Part shown: in pieces, positions 26,421 to 39,524 of the stretch | Layout: the number at the start of each line of letters is the position of its first letter | Position numbering within the stretch: the stretch's first letter is position 1 | NCBI RefSeq assembly: GCF_902652985.1 | Contig: NC_047025.1 | Coordinates: 6,758,001 to 6,822,000, forward strand | DNA: 64,000 nt | Direction: 5' to 3' | From: Pecten maximus | Lineage: Eukaryota | The notes under the pieces: generated by a model | What the model was told of the DNA's origin: nothing | What the model saw: the letters and a program-made list of their open reading frames with translations, nothing else | Database searches by the model: none | Made by a program: the position numbers and the translations under genes

Positions 26421-27921
26421 AAAGGACCTAAAGTATCGATATCTAGGAGGTGAAGGGGAAACTGCAAATATGCCAAAAGAAATTTCAAAACAAGGGTAGA
26501 TGTAATATCCCCATAATTTAATAAATTTTCCAAATTTTCATTTTTAAATATAAATATAAAATATTTTATGGACATGTGTTTATCAGAACATATGTATATC
26601 TGTGTATTTATCAACAACACATTAACTTACTTATTTTTCGAGACATCTGGATACCCTGCTTGTAGGAGTAACGTTAGCACTAACGCCAGGCACCAACGTT
26701 TCCATCGCCGAGGTCACTTTCTTCGTCAGTAACACGCAACACACAGATTCATCATTCTGACATTATACATGTTCTTTATACAAGTAATCTCTCTAGACAT
26801 GAGATCCTGCTGACTTTTGATTAATTCTAGAGGGATTGCTCCAACTTACGGATTGTTTTGTCGTACGATGATATTGAGGAACTATTTTATAGAACTCTGG
26901 CTATTCTATGTCTGGAATACTAATGGGGAAATATATATCGATCTATATAGGTAAAAATGTAAATAAAATGTTATTTTAACCTCATTGTATCTAGCTTCAA
27001 TCAGTTGCTTCTTTGTAATTATTACCAGCCCGATAGAAATATTTATCAATTATGGACCTTTACTGAGATTGATATGGTGTTTTATCAACCTGATAGAAAC
27101 AATACTTTAGATGCTGTCAGGTTGATATGACAACATATTAACCGAATCAATGGTTTTCCTTGTTTATATTTGATATAAAACTTGTTCGGTTATAAAAAGA
27201 GGAGAGTGGAATTATGATCTTATCCTATCTGTTATTCCTCTTGCAACTAACCTGCAAGCAATATTGACACCAAATCTGACATCAGACTGACTACAAATCT
27301 AAATATTTGATTTCGTAAAGAAATTTCGCAATACGAGGTATTCGCTTTTTGTCGATATCTTTTGTATTAAACAATATATATCCCTGCCAATACTGAAACT
27401 ATAAACACACACCTTCAGCGAATATCATATTCATCGCGTTAAAAGCTTTCCGAAAGTTATGATTATTATTGCAGTTTTATTTCTACTGCCAAATCGTAAT
27501 TTCGCTAAAATTCAGTTACCCACTAAAATGTATGCACGCCAAAATACAAATGTTTACAGTATTCTTATCATTTCAAAAAGATAAAAAAATATTCGTCACA
27601 ATTCAACGAATCATGAGCAGCATAAGCACAATTTTTCGGTCTTTCATGTGTAAACAAACGTCTGTCTATGGCTTAGATTAGAGATACATGTATTTTGTGT
27701 TGGTACCTGATGATCTAACGCTATTATAGAAACTTGTGTTCGGTTTGGTGTTGTTGCTGTACTCTTTTTTTTAAACTCTACATTATTTTTCTGAACTAAT
27801 TACCGTTTACAGGTTAACACCTGCGCCCACATACGGTTAATAACATATTCTAAAGTACTAACTGCTGTAGCTTACTGCTGTAACTTGTCGTAATTCAACT
27901 CAGAAACAATTTTGCGAGAGC

Positions 27922-29047
27922 ACTTCAGTACATACACGTACTTCAGTAATATATACATACTTCAATAACATATACATACTTCAGTAACATACACGTATTT
28001 CAGTAACAAATACATACTTCAGTAACATACACGTATTTCAGTAACAAATTCGTACTTCAGTACATACACGTACTTCAGTAACATATACATACTTCAGTAA
28101 CATATACATACTTCAGTAACATACACGTTCTTCAACAACATACACGTAATTCAGTAACATACACGTACTTCAGTAACATACACGTACTTCAGTAACGTAC
28201 ACGTACTTCAGTGACACACGTACTTCAGTGACATACATGTACTTCAGTAACATACACGTAATTCAGTAACATAACATGTACTTCAGTAACATACACGTAA
28301 TTCAGTAACATAACATGTACTTCAGTAACATACACGTAATTCAGTAACATACATTTTTTATTGTACATGTACTTCTGTAACATACACGTACTTCAGTAAC
28401 ATACACGTAATTCAGTAACATACACGTACTTCAGTAACATACACTTACTTCAGTAAAATACACGTAATTCTGTAACATACATGTACTTCAGTCAAATACA
28501 CGTACTTCAGTAAAATACACGTAATTCAGTAACGTGATCGTACTTCAGTAACGTACACGTAATTCAGTAACATACATGTACTTCAGTTACATGCACGTTC
28601 TTCAGTAACAAATTCGTACTTAAGTAGCATACACGTACTTCAGTAACATACACTTACTTCAGTAAAATACACGTAATTCTGTAACATACATGTACTTCAG
28701 TCAAATACACGTACTTCAGTAAAATACACGTAATTCAGTAACGTGATCGTACTTCAGTAACATACACGTAATTCAGTAACATACATGTACTTCAGTGACA
28801 TGCACGTTCTTCAGTAACAAATTCGTACTTAAGTAGCATACACGTACTTCATTAACCTATACGTACTTCAGTAACATCATACGAACTCCAGTAACAAACA
28901 CGTACTTCAGTAACAAACACATAATTCATTAACATATACGTACTTCAATAACATACTCGTACCTCAGTAAAGAATTCGTACTTCAGTAACATACACCTAC
29001 TAAAGAAACACATACGTACTTCAGTAACACATACGTACTTCAGTAAC
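27922..29047. repeat. 19-bp minisatellite (cagtaacatacacgtactt), about 58 copies, with an internal higher-order duplication
   Basis: Visible tandem units. A variant block containing aacgtgatcgt and aaattcgtacttaagtagc repeats about 209 bp later. Confidence 0.95.
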
Positions 29048-29876
29048 TTTAACGTATCTCCATTTTTACCATCCAACAAGCTCGAACAAACATAAACAAA
29101 TGTGTTTTTATTACTGGTTATACTTTTACCATCTGAAACATACGTAAGCCTAGCTAAACTTGTTACCAACGTCCAGAGTACGTTAAGCTACGCTTTTTAA
29201 CGCATGTGTGACCTAGGCTTTTAATTTTGGAAATAATTAGGGCGTTATCATCCTCCAAGTCGTGTCGAAATAATGGTTACATCCGGGCAAATCTCCTATC
29301 CCTATCGCAACAGAAGCATAAGCATCCATAGGTGTCAATTAATGGCAGAAATCGTCCCGTTAGCGCGTGGTGTATCATCAAAATGAGATAAAGTCTTTTA
29401 AAATGATAAAGATATTTTTAGCTCTGATTACATTTAAACAGTAGCTTAAACATATAGGTGATAGTGTACTTGCTAGCATTGAACTGTTCCATACAGATAC
29501 TTTGATATAAATGTACTCTGAATAACGGACATTGTTGTTTTTGCTAAGTATAGTAGTCACGTGGACAACGTAAACAAGTAAACTTGTGTGATACGTCACA
29601 TGTTGTTGTGACGTATCACACACATGTTAATTTTGTTATCAGTTGTATTAAAACCAAAATTAATTGTATACAATTGTGTTTGTTGTCCACGACGTATGTT
29701 TACCAAACATGCCATTATCATTTAACATCAGAGAAGTCTTATTCTTGACCTTTACTGTGTTTACCTGGCTTTTGTTTTCGATTTTCCATCATTTTATATC
29801 TATTTTGACAGATAAGTACAGCTTCGTTTTATGCAGCCTGTATTCGCCTATTCAATATGTTTTTATAAACAAGATT

Positions 29877-30106
29877 ATTTTGTTTTACGTTCTAGTAACA
29901 GCCAGGGTCATTTAAGGACGTGCCAGGTTTTGGAGGTTGAGGAAAGCCGGAGTACCCAGAGAAAAAAAACACCGGCCTACGGTCAGTACAATGCACTTGC
30001 CCCACTTGGTTTTCGAACTCGCGAGCCAGAGGTGGAGGGCTTATGAGAGGGCTTGTGGGCTTGTGGGCTTGCGGGTCACCTTAACATCTCGGCCACCATG
30101 GTCCCC
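29877..30106 (-). mobile_element. V-type SINE, diverged copy
   Basis: Tail, V-domain and a degraded tRNA head all align to the consensus copies. Confidence 0.85.
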
Positions 30107-31055
30107 TTATAAATTAGTCAAATAATAAATAAATAAAAGTTGAACACTAAAACCAATATAGGTAGAAAAAGATATCAAAAAAGTTAATAAGTGAAATGCT
30201 TCAAATACAGGTCATAATGTTAGGTATCACTATAATATACTAGGTCTATGAAAAAGGCAAAGTGTTAAGTATCCCTTAAGACTGTAATCAACTTACCGCG
30301 ATTGCTATCAACTGTAAAATTATCAATTACTCACAAAATGACTCATTTGAACAGATAATCAATTTCATAATTTGCCATGCAGTTCTGTTAACAATTGAAT
30401 TGACTTGTCAACAAAATTGCGTAGAAAACAAGGGAGCTATAATCAATCCACCACAATGAAAAAAAAACAATCCAAAAAGTAAAGAAGTTACAATTGTATT
30501 TATCGCCTTGTACCAAAAAAGCCCGAGGAAAAACAATAAACAGGTCCGTTAAAAAAGAAACGAATCATGTCAATAATTAAATAGAAACACTCCTGGGAGT
30601 CCAACTCATTTAGGTAGTAACACGTTTCATGACAATGCCAATCATTTAGTTGTCACGACAGATTGAACACACAATGTCACACTTCTGTTTCTTTTTCTGC
30701 AACTTTTAAACACAGTATGTTGCATACAATCTAACTTTCTTCCCTATTTTGATAATGAATCATCTTCAATCAATATGGTAATCAGATGTTTACCCGACAG
30801 GTCATTCTTGTTGTTGTGCTTTATTGCAAGAGAAGACAAGGACCTCAAGAAAGCAAATGTGTACAACAGATGACGCTACATATAGGGGAAAACACGCTCT
30901 GCTGGCTTGTAAAAGCTTTACTATGGTAGAAATACTCCCGCTTCATGTTTGTAAAATCTTAAATCTCGAAAATAAGACCAACTTATTTCCTTTACCAGTA
31001 AGCAAACACGGTAAGTTATTTTTATGTAACCTTTAGTTTGTGTGGGTATGATCAA

Positions 31056-31183
31056 TTTTGTTTAACGTCCTATTAGCAGCAAGGGCCATATAAGGACGTC
31101 CAATGCTTTTGAGGTGGAAGAAAGCAGGAACAAACCCACTGAGAAAAGCCACCGTTCTACGGTCAGTATCCGTCAACTGCCCA
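31056..31183 (-). mobile_element. V-type SINE, old 5'-truncated copy
   Basis: ttttgtttaacgtcctattagcagcaagggccatataaggacg...acggtcagta...caactgccc. Confidence 0.75.
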
Positions 31184-32056
31184 GTATGTGTTACTTTGTG
31201 CAATAGATAGAATATGACAAACCCTGAAATACAGTCTGTGTAGTATCCATTACCTATGTACAGTCGTGATAAAGGCGACATCAACATAATTTCGTTTCAA
31301 TAGATTAGAAACAATTGTATAGGAATAACAATGGACCCATAACAATGGACTCTTGTCATCGTTTCCAATCAATATTTGTGGATTATATTGGAGAAAAACA
31401 ATACACAAAAGGATCGGTCGCAAGTTATCACAACTTATCAATGTCCTCTCCCTAATACAATTATACATATGCAAAATGTATCATTTGCCTATGGATAAAC
31501 AGCATATAATGATGATATTATAGAAAAAAGGAAGGAAAGAGGAAGAGATATGAAGAGAGAGGGAGAGAGGGGGACACTTGTAGGTGAAATGAGAACAAAT
31601 TGTTAAAGATAGTAGAATATAATGGGCAGGTTCTTTGAATACATTGAATTGTACACGTACTTACCGGTATATAAATATTTCGCTATCAACAAAAAAATTA
31701 CGAATAGCCTTGTTTGATTGTTTACCTGAGGAATGATCACGATACAAAGGGATTCCGTAGGTAATAGTTCTATATCATGTCAAAGCATTGTATTTAGTTG
31801 TTCATTATTTAATGGGCAATAAAATACAAAAAAAAAAACGTTTTCCGTCCTCTATACTATGTCCACATCGACAGGACGGACTGGCAACTAGGTTGACACG
31901 GAATAAATCATCATTAAGTTTACTAACAGTATTACGAATACGACAATGTAAACTGTTTACTTTCCTTTTATTCTCTATTGAACAATCTATAAGTGGGGCA
32001 TTGTATTCTTTATATTAAAGAAAGTTATTCATGATTGACTTTTTTATGCCATGCAG

Positions 32057-32257
32057 CTTGTTTTTGAGTTTTGAGGGTATATCAAAATTTTGCGTGATGT
32101 TGTCAATGAAATGAATCTTGAGCTTCATTTAAGATAATAAGACAATGCTCCGACAAGTCCAGTCAACAAAGAAACATCGCCATTCCATTTATTGTACAGT
32201 AGGTCTGGTTCCAGCTTTAATTTTGTTCTCGCTGATTATGTTCTCAACCTTACTGGG
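32057..32257 (+). other. Putative exon (possible start of a small TM protein at ATG 32145)
   Basis: tttttatgccatgcag| acceptor and |gtaagg donor. Encodes MLRQVQSTKKHRHSIYCTVGLVPALILFSLIMFSTLLG (basic stretch then hydrophobic stretch). Confidence 0.3.
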
Positions 32258-35147
32258 GTAAGGAAATGAAATATTTTTTATTTCTTATCATAAATCTTTT
32301 AAACTCTTCACATTCTTAGGGTGGTATTAACTGGACACTGCAAATTAACACTTTTTCTTACACAAGCAAAAATAATAAATGTATAAATAGATGAATAAAT
32401 AAAAATTTAAAACAAAAATAAAAATAAAAAGTACCCTTATCACCAGAAAAAAAGGTCGATAGTTAGCGACGTGATAACATTAAGCATTGTATTCCCTAGT
32501 CGTTATTTATGATGGAACTTTGTAGGCAAAAATAATAAAATAACGTCTCTAAAAATCTTAATAATACTCTTACCTGTAGTTACATGTATATTATACTTTG
32601 TTGTGATTGAAGTATGTTCCAGTTCAATTTTAAATAAAACGTAATTCATTATTAATAGTATGACCTAACAGATGGATCTACCATTATATGAAATGTCGCT
32701 ATATCTATAGCTTTAGATAAAACACCATTATGGGCCATGTCATTCGTCACCCGTTATTCCAGTTTGTATATATGTCTTTATCATGATCATGTAAATGCCG
32801 TCCCGTGAAAACACACACGTTTGTGTCATTGTATTGCTGCAGATAAAACGGCTGTAAACTTGTGTAACGATTTCCCGATATCAAGCTAATACTACTACAT
32901 TGTAAATCAATCCAAATCTATACATTGCTCGAACATTTAGTAATTGGCGTGAGGATGCGGTTATAATCTTTCACATATATCTTTTCCTGTTGCTTTTAGT
33001 AGATTCCAACTGAATCGTGCAGTAATTACTTTTTAAAAAAGCTTTGTAATTCTTGATATCTTGATCGTTAATACTGGACTCTTTCTTTGATTGGTAACCG
33101 CTGTTTTTTTTTTTTTTTTTGTTTTATTTTTGTTTTTTTGTTTGTTTTGATTGTTTTTGTTTTGTTGTGTTTTCTAAACTTGGAAAAGGCGTAACCAGTT
33201 TTATAGTTAAAAACAACTAAATATTTCTATACAGTTTTTAGTTCGTGTAATTAATTGAAAAATATATTTTCCCGAAAAAAACATTAAATGCCTGTCATTG
33301 TAAAAATAGAAGAATAATTACATTGTATTGAAAAGGAATCGCTATAAGTTTATATTATTTGTGACGTCATACAGAACGCATTCACTGTATCACATGTATT
33401 TGAGCTACAAAAAAGAATTGATATTTGAATAAAGATTTTTTTTTTTCATTTTATACTAGTCTGAACATTTTAGTTTTCCTCTGTTACTAATTCAAGAGGT
33501 GAATAAACATGTATTATATCAATAAAGTTTCCTTTCTCTTAATGCTTTAATGTATTAAAAAACAATTACAAACTTCATTTTATTATTATTTTAAATATCC
33601 TTACATGTTTGCTTAAAATTCTGAATTCCATTTAATCACAGATATAGTAAAAACTTAGATAACAGTATCTATATATGTCTGAGGATCATTTTAAAATGAA
33701 AGAAATTATTGCTAGATCATATGTATTTTCATTTGCTTAGGTGGTGTCATAAAAATGTCTTGATGCAGTTTTGCTTGAATTTTATATACAACATATTTGA
33801 TTTGTATAGTAATGCTAAGGCACACACCCTCAGACCATAGTTTAATAATTCGTCAAATCTGTAGCTCACAAACCTGGTTCGTGAATCGTCATTGCAATTT
33901 AGGATAATGTCTATTATTCATATGACCGACATAGAATTGTCGATTAAATATATTCTCGTTTGTAGCTGTATATTTCGTTACGTTCTATTTATCTAAGAAG
34001 ATGATCTTGCTAATCAGTGTTGTATAAACCTCATGCAAGTCTTGACATATAAATTACATTAACATAGAAATAACGATTGACAAAACTAGCGTTCGATGTC
34101 ACAGATAAAACGTTACATGATACTCATGTTTTCTTATTCTTAAATCGATATTGGCTAATTCCTAACTGAAATTGCATATTAAGGCAAACTTCAACAAAAC
34201 TCAAACTGACTCCTGATAATATCGTTCCTAGTTCTCAAATTTCCTCCCACCTATGAGACAAAATATCTCATTTGAAATGATTGAAAATATCTCTGGTTAT
34301 ACGAAAATGTTTTAGATCTCCTACAAATACGTCCCTTTTCCATACTTTGAGATTGGAATTATTCAATTCGTTCCCTTCTACATGTACATTTTGTACGTAA
34401 TATCTCATTACTTATATAATATAATTCAAAAACAATAACCAATAAACAAAATCTTGTTATCATCCTTGAATCTCAGAAACACCTTATCTACTCTAAGCTA
34501 AGTTTAGGTACCTGGTGTTACTGAATATATTGTGAATTTGGCATGGTGCCGTCGTCTAGTGCTTTTTCGGATACCATGTCCATGTAACAGGGACAACGTT
34601 TCAAACGAACGGCGTTGAATGAAACCAAGGAGTAATGAAGTAATGGGTAAGTCGTGTCAAACTGACAGAGAGCAATATGTAGGTGTTGAGACAAACTGAC
34701 AATTGATATATAGAATTTGCTAGCATTGTTACAGGGTGAGCTCATCCTAGACACTGTCGGTGTTGGAGACTATTGATCATATATATATAGAGGGTTAATA
34801 GATATAACAGAAATTGTACGATAAAATTTGGGCTTTGGAAATATAGAATGTACTGGTTTTACTCCCAGATGTTTGCCGTAACCTGCATGTCGCTTTTCTA
34901 TTAATTTCAATTATGATACGGTTTAGCCAATACACACTTACTTGACTCTCATTTGAATATCAAAATAATAAAATACGAAATTAATTGAAATATGGACAGT
35001 AACATCCCTTCTAGATTTTGAATTACTGACGATTCTAGATGGACAAAGCAGCTGTAATATGTAGATTGATTCATTTTGTTTATTTTTCATTATCTAATCC
35101 TCACTTTGTTTTCAAGTATGTCAATAGTATAATTGTCTTCTGTACAG

Positions 35148-35242
35148 GTCTTTAAACCTAGCCATCGGCATAAGGGATATAACACCATTGACAATGGCAA
35201 TGCGAATGTTCCTGATATGCCAAAAATAGACAGACACTACAG
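35148..35242 (+). other. Putative internal exon (95 nt)
   Basis: ttgtcttctgtacag| acceptor and CAG|gtaaca donor. GC content is raised relative to flanks. Confidence 0.35.
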
Positions 35243-35284
35243 GTAACATTCTCTTTAAGATAAACATAAGATGAATAAAATGTA

Positions 35285-35398
35285 GGGAGCCTGAAGTTGG
35301 ATCCGAGTTCCAAGTTCCGTTTAAGTAAAACGGAACTCGGAACTGGGTTCCGTTTTACTTATACGGAACTCGGAACTCGGAACCAACTTCAGGCTCCC
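35285..35398. mobile_element. Small palindromic MITE flanked by TA
   Basis: ta|gggagcctgaagttgg...ccaacttcaggctccc|ta with internal ggaactc/gagttcc repeats. Confidence 0.85.
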
Positions 35399-35919
35399 TA
35401 AAAAGTTTTGCAAACGTGGAAATTTACTCAAGTCCATTAGAATGCAAAAATTCCCCTCACATGTATCATTTTGATATCAATTGCATCTTCAGTACGAAAT
35501 ACGAATCAAATTACAACGATTTAAAAATAGTGAAAGTGAATAAAAATATGTAGAAAGAGACGAGAATACGAATGATACATGCATTAATTATGAGGCCGAA
35601 AGGGAATGTCAAGATGGAATACAGATCACGTGGATTACTCCTGCTCCTACAGTTTCCTCATCGATAATTAAAATAAGAAAACTTCATCAAAATGGCCATT
35701 GTTATGAATTGCATTGCAGTGAGGTGTGACCAAGCATATTGATCGATAAAGTTAATTGATTTGAATAGATTTGACATGACTAGAAATGAAACTGTTCTCC
35801 CCAAGTGATTGATAAGGCTGTCGAAATTAACCTAATAAAAACTCTTTGGCATCATTTGAACATTATTTTCTATTACGAAACATTACTATGAATATATTTT
35901 AAAAGAGTTTTAAGTACCT

Positions 35920-36040
35920 TTTGAGTTTTCCGAGTTTTTTTTTACTAGGATTAAGAGCAATTACGGTCGGGACTATCGAAAGTATTCGAGTTAAGCCGGG
36001 TATTCGAGTTTTCCGAGTTCGAGTTAACGAAGTTTCACTG
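35920..36040. mobile_element. One end of a Tc1/mariner-superfamily non-autonomous element
   Basis: Subterminal ttcgagtt repeats ending ...gaagtttcactg|TA (CAGTG-type TIR plus TA). Partner TIR not found. Confidence 0.55.
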
Positions 36041-36066
36041 TATTTAGGTGTTCATATGGATGTTTT

Positions 36067-36316
36067 CGACCTGTCTGTCTGGAAAACTGTCCCTTTATCC
36101 GTGATAACGTCGACCTTTCTGTCTTGAAAATTGTCCCTTTATCAGATTATACGTAGACCTTTCTGTATGGAAAACTGTTCCTTCATTCGTGAAAACGTCT
36201 ACCTTTCAGTCTTGGAAAACTGTCCTTTTTTCCGTGAATACGTCGACCTCTCTATCTTGAAAACTTTTCCTGTATCAGAGATCCCAGCGACCTTTCTGTC
36301 TTGAAAACTGTCCCTT
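36067..36316. repeat. About 44-bp tandem repeat, about 6 copies
   Basis: cgacctttctgtcttgaaaactgtccctttatccgtgataacgt variants. Confidence 0.85.
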
Positions 36317-38193
36317 AATCAATAAATACCTGCTTTTTTTTGGGGGGGGGGGGGGGGGTATTTTCCTACTTTACATTTGTACGTTATATTATGGATTTGG
36401 CCCTTTCTGTATCACCTTTTATAGTTTTCCACCTGTGTGTACATCAAACTGTCACTGGATGTATGCCTGCCTGTCTGCCTCTCTGCCTGAATTACTGTCC
36501 GCCTGTCTGTCAGACTAAATGTCTGTCCGTCTTTCTGAGTGCAATACTTCATGTACTTGTCCAACCCCTGTATCTGTACCAAATGTATATCTGCATAACT
36601 GACCCATGAAGCTGTCTGCTTGCGTATTGTCGGGTAAAGTGTAAACCTGTTTGTTCGACAAATAGACGGAATATTAGTATATGGCTTGTGCCTTTGTTGG
36701 TTTTAGACTAGCTCTGACTAATCGGTTATTACCTATGTTTTGACTACAAGTTTAACGGCTTGGTCTTTCTGTTTGTCTATTGCAAGGTCGGTCAAGTCGC
36801 CTATGTTGAACGTGAATAGACTTTTTTTCTTTATATGACAGCCAGTTTACGATTTGAGCATGATAATTCGGTGACTACGTTGCCACTTTCTTCAGATAAA
36901 TAATCAGTGCAGCTGTGAATTACTCTGAGGTGTTAGGTGTACGAAATTGTAAACAGATCGACAGGTCTTTTTCGTTTACAATATAACATATGTGCACTGA
37001 GGTGGACGATTTTGCTACAATGTATAAGATTTGATTCGGCTATTGTATATAATATAGTCATAGATGTGCGAGATATAGATAACATTTACAGTATAACATA
37101 TAAAAACAAATTTAAGATATTAGAAAAAGAATTTAAATAAGGTAAAAAAAAGAATGTTGAAAATGAAGTTGATGAAAATATTTGCACTCGTTCTCTTTTC
37201 CGTCGTATGTATACATAACACACGGTATTCCATTCCTAAAATTAAAGTAGAAAAGACACACAAGAACAACCACATTGGGAGTTAGATGAAATAGAGCAAA
37301 AAATTTAAAACTGCATCAAACAGCTGTGAGGTCTTTTTAGGACTCGTCAGTGATTATTGGGACCTAAAGTGTTAATCATTGGGAAACAGTTCTGGAGGGA
37401 TGGGGATGGTGCAAAGACTCATAATTAGCAACTTTCAATTGGATTTCGAAAGAAGAACGTTAAACATATGAATTTAAAAAAAAATGTATATAAGAATAAA
37501 CCTCTGTGACTGAAAAGTCCGTCAGAAGTGTCAAACATGGTCGATCTCAACGATTTGTACTAAAGACACTCAAGTTAAAAGATTATTACTGATCTTAAAC
37601 GATTTGAATTGTGTTAACCTAATTTTGATACATGACGTGTTTGTACGTCACAACAAAGTAAAACTCTTTAAATGTCACATTTAATCACAACAAACAAAAA
37701 ATTGTATCGGCGGCAAAAGTTAACAGTGATGTTTATTAGTTGGATAGGGATTTCCGTAATTGGAACACTTCTATTAACCCCAAAATGACAAGCAGCTTAG
37801 CCTCGAATCGGTTTGATCATGGATAGAAAGCGTCGCAATCCTGGTCCTTTTATTAGATAAAACGTCCTGTCTAAGGCTTCGACACGACAACGGGGAGAGA
37901 TAACTCCGGATTTTGCTCGAGATTGTCCCGGCAAATCGGTAGCTGATCTCCCTTGGGATACGGCCTTTGTACACAAGGTCACAATACAATTAGGAGGCCT
38001 TAAGTCGTCATACGTAGAGTGTTGTTTTGTTATTTTCACAAGATTAGATATAGCTTAGTTTAGCCAACAATTGTAGAAATTACAGAAAATCCGCTGCTTT
38101 CTTTTATTAAGAGTAGGTCAGACTCTTTTAGAATTTAACAGAAAAAAACACTATCTGATTCTTGGAGCTTATATATGAGTATAATGTCTTTTT

Positions 38194-39524
38194 AACAGCC
38201 AGGGTCATATAAGGACAGGTGTGAAGGACAGTAACAACACGGGTCATATGAGACGTGTGTGAAGGACACCATTTGTCATGGTCAAATACAAAGGACAGCA
38301 ACAGCCAGGGTCATAGGAGGACGGGTATGAATGACACCAACAGCCAGGATCATAGGGGACATGTGTCAATGACACCAGCAGCAAGGGTCATAGGTGGATT
38401 GGTGTGAACGACACCAACAGCCAGGGTCATAGGAGGACGGGTGTCAATGACACCAACAGCCAGGGTCATAGGAGGACGGGTGTCAATGACACCAACAGCC
38501 AGGGTCATAGGAGGACGGGTGTCAATGACACCAACAGCCAGGGTCATAGGTGGACGGGTGTGAACGACACCAACAGCCAGGGTCATAGGAGGACGGGTGT
38601 CAATGACACCAGCAGCAAGGGTCATAGGAGGACGGGTGTCAATGACACCAACAGCCAGGGTCATAGGTGGACGGGTGTGAACGACACCAACAGCCAGGGT
38701 CATAGGAGGACGGGTGTCAATGACACCAACAGCCAGGGTCATAGGAGGACGGGTGTCAATGACACCAACAGCCAGGGTCATAGGAGGACGGGTGTCAATG
38801 ACACCAACAGCCAGGGTCATCGGAGGACGGGTGTCAATGACACCAACAACAAGGGTCCTAAGAGGACACGTGTGAATGACACCAACTGCCAGAGTTATAG
38901 GAGGACGGGTGTGAATTACACCCGCAGGCAGGGTCATATGAGGGCCGGTGTGAACGACACAAACAGCCAGGGTCATAGGAGGACGGGTGTGAACGACACA
39001 AACAGCCAGGGTCATATGAGGATGGGTGTCGAGGGGACACGATTAGCCAGGGTCCTAGGAGGACGGGTGTGAATGACACCAACAGGCAGGGTCATATGAG
39101 GACGGGTGTGAACGACACAAACAACCAGGGTCATATGAGGATGGGTGTGAACGACACAAACAGCCAGGGTCATATGAGGACGGGTGTGAACGACACAAAC
39201 AACCAGGGTCATATGAGGATGGGTGTGAACGACACAAACAGCCAGGGTCATATGAGGACGGGTGTGAACGACACAAACAGCCAGGGTCATATGAGGACGG
39301 GTGTGAAAGACACCAACAGCCAGGGTCATATGAGGACGGGTGTGAAAGACACCAACAGCCAGGGTCATATGAGGACGGGTGTGAACGACACCAACAGCCA
39401 GGGTCATAGGTGGACGGGTGTGAAAGCCACCAACAGCCAGGGTCATAGGAGGACGGGTGTGAAAGACACCAACAGCCAGGGTCATAGGAGGACGGGTGTG
39501 AATGACACCAACAGCAAGGGTCAT
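38194..39524. repeat. 39-bp minisatellite, about 34 copies, derived from the SINE 3' tail
   Basis: Unit acagccagggtcataggaggacgggtgtcaatgacacca. Explains the 13-aa periodic ORFs on both strands. Confidence 0.95.
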
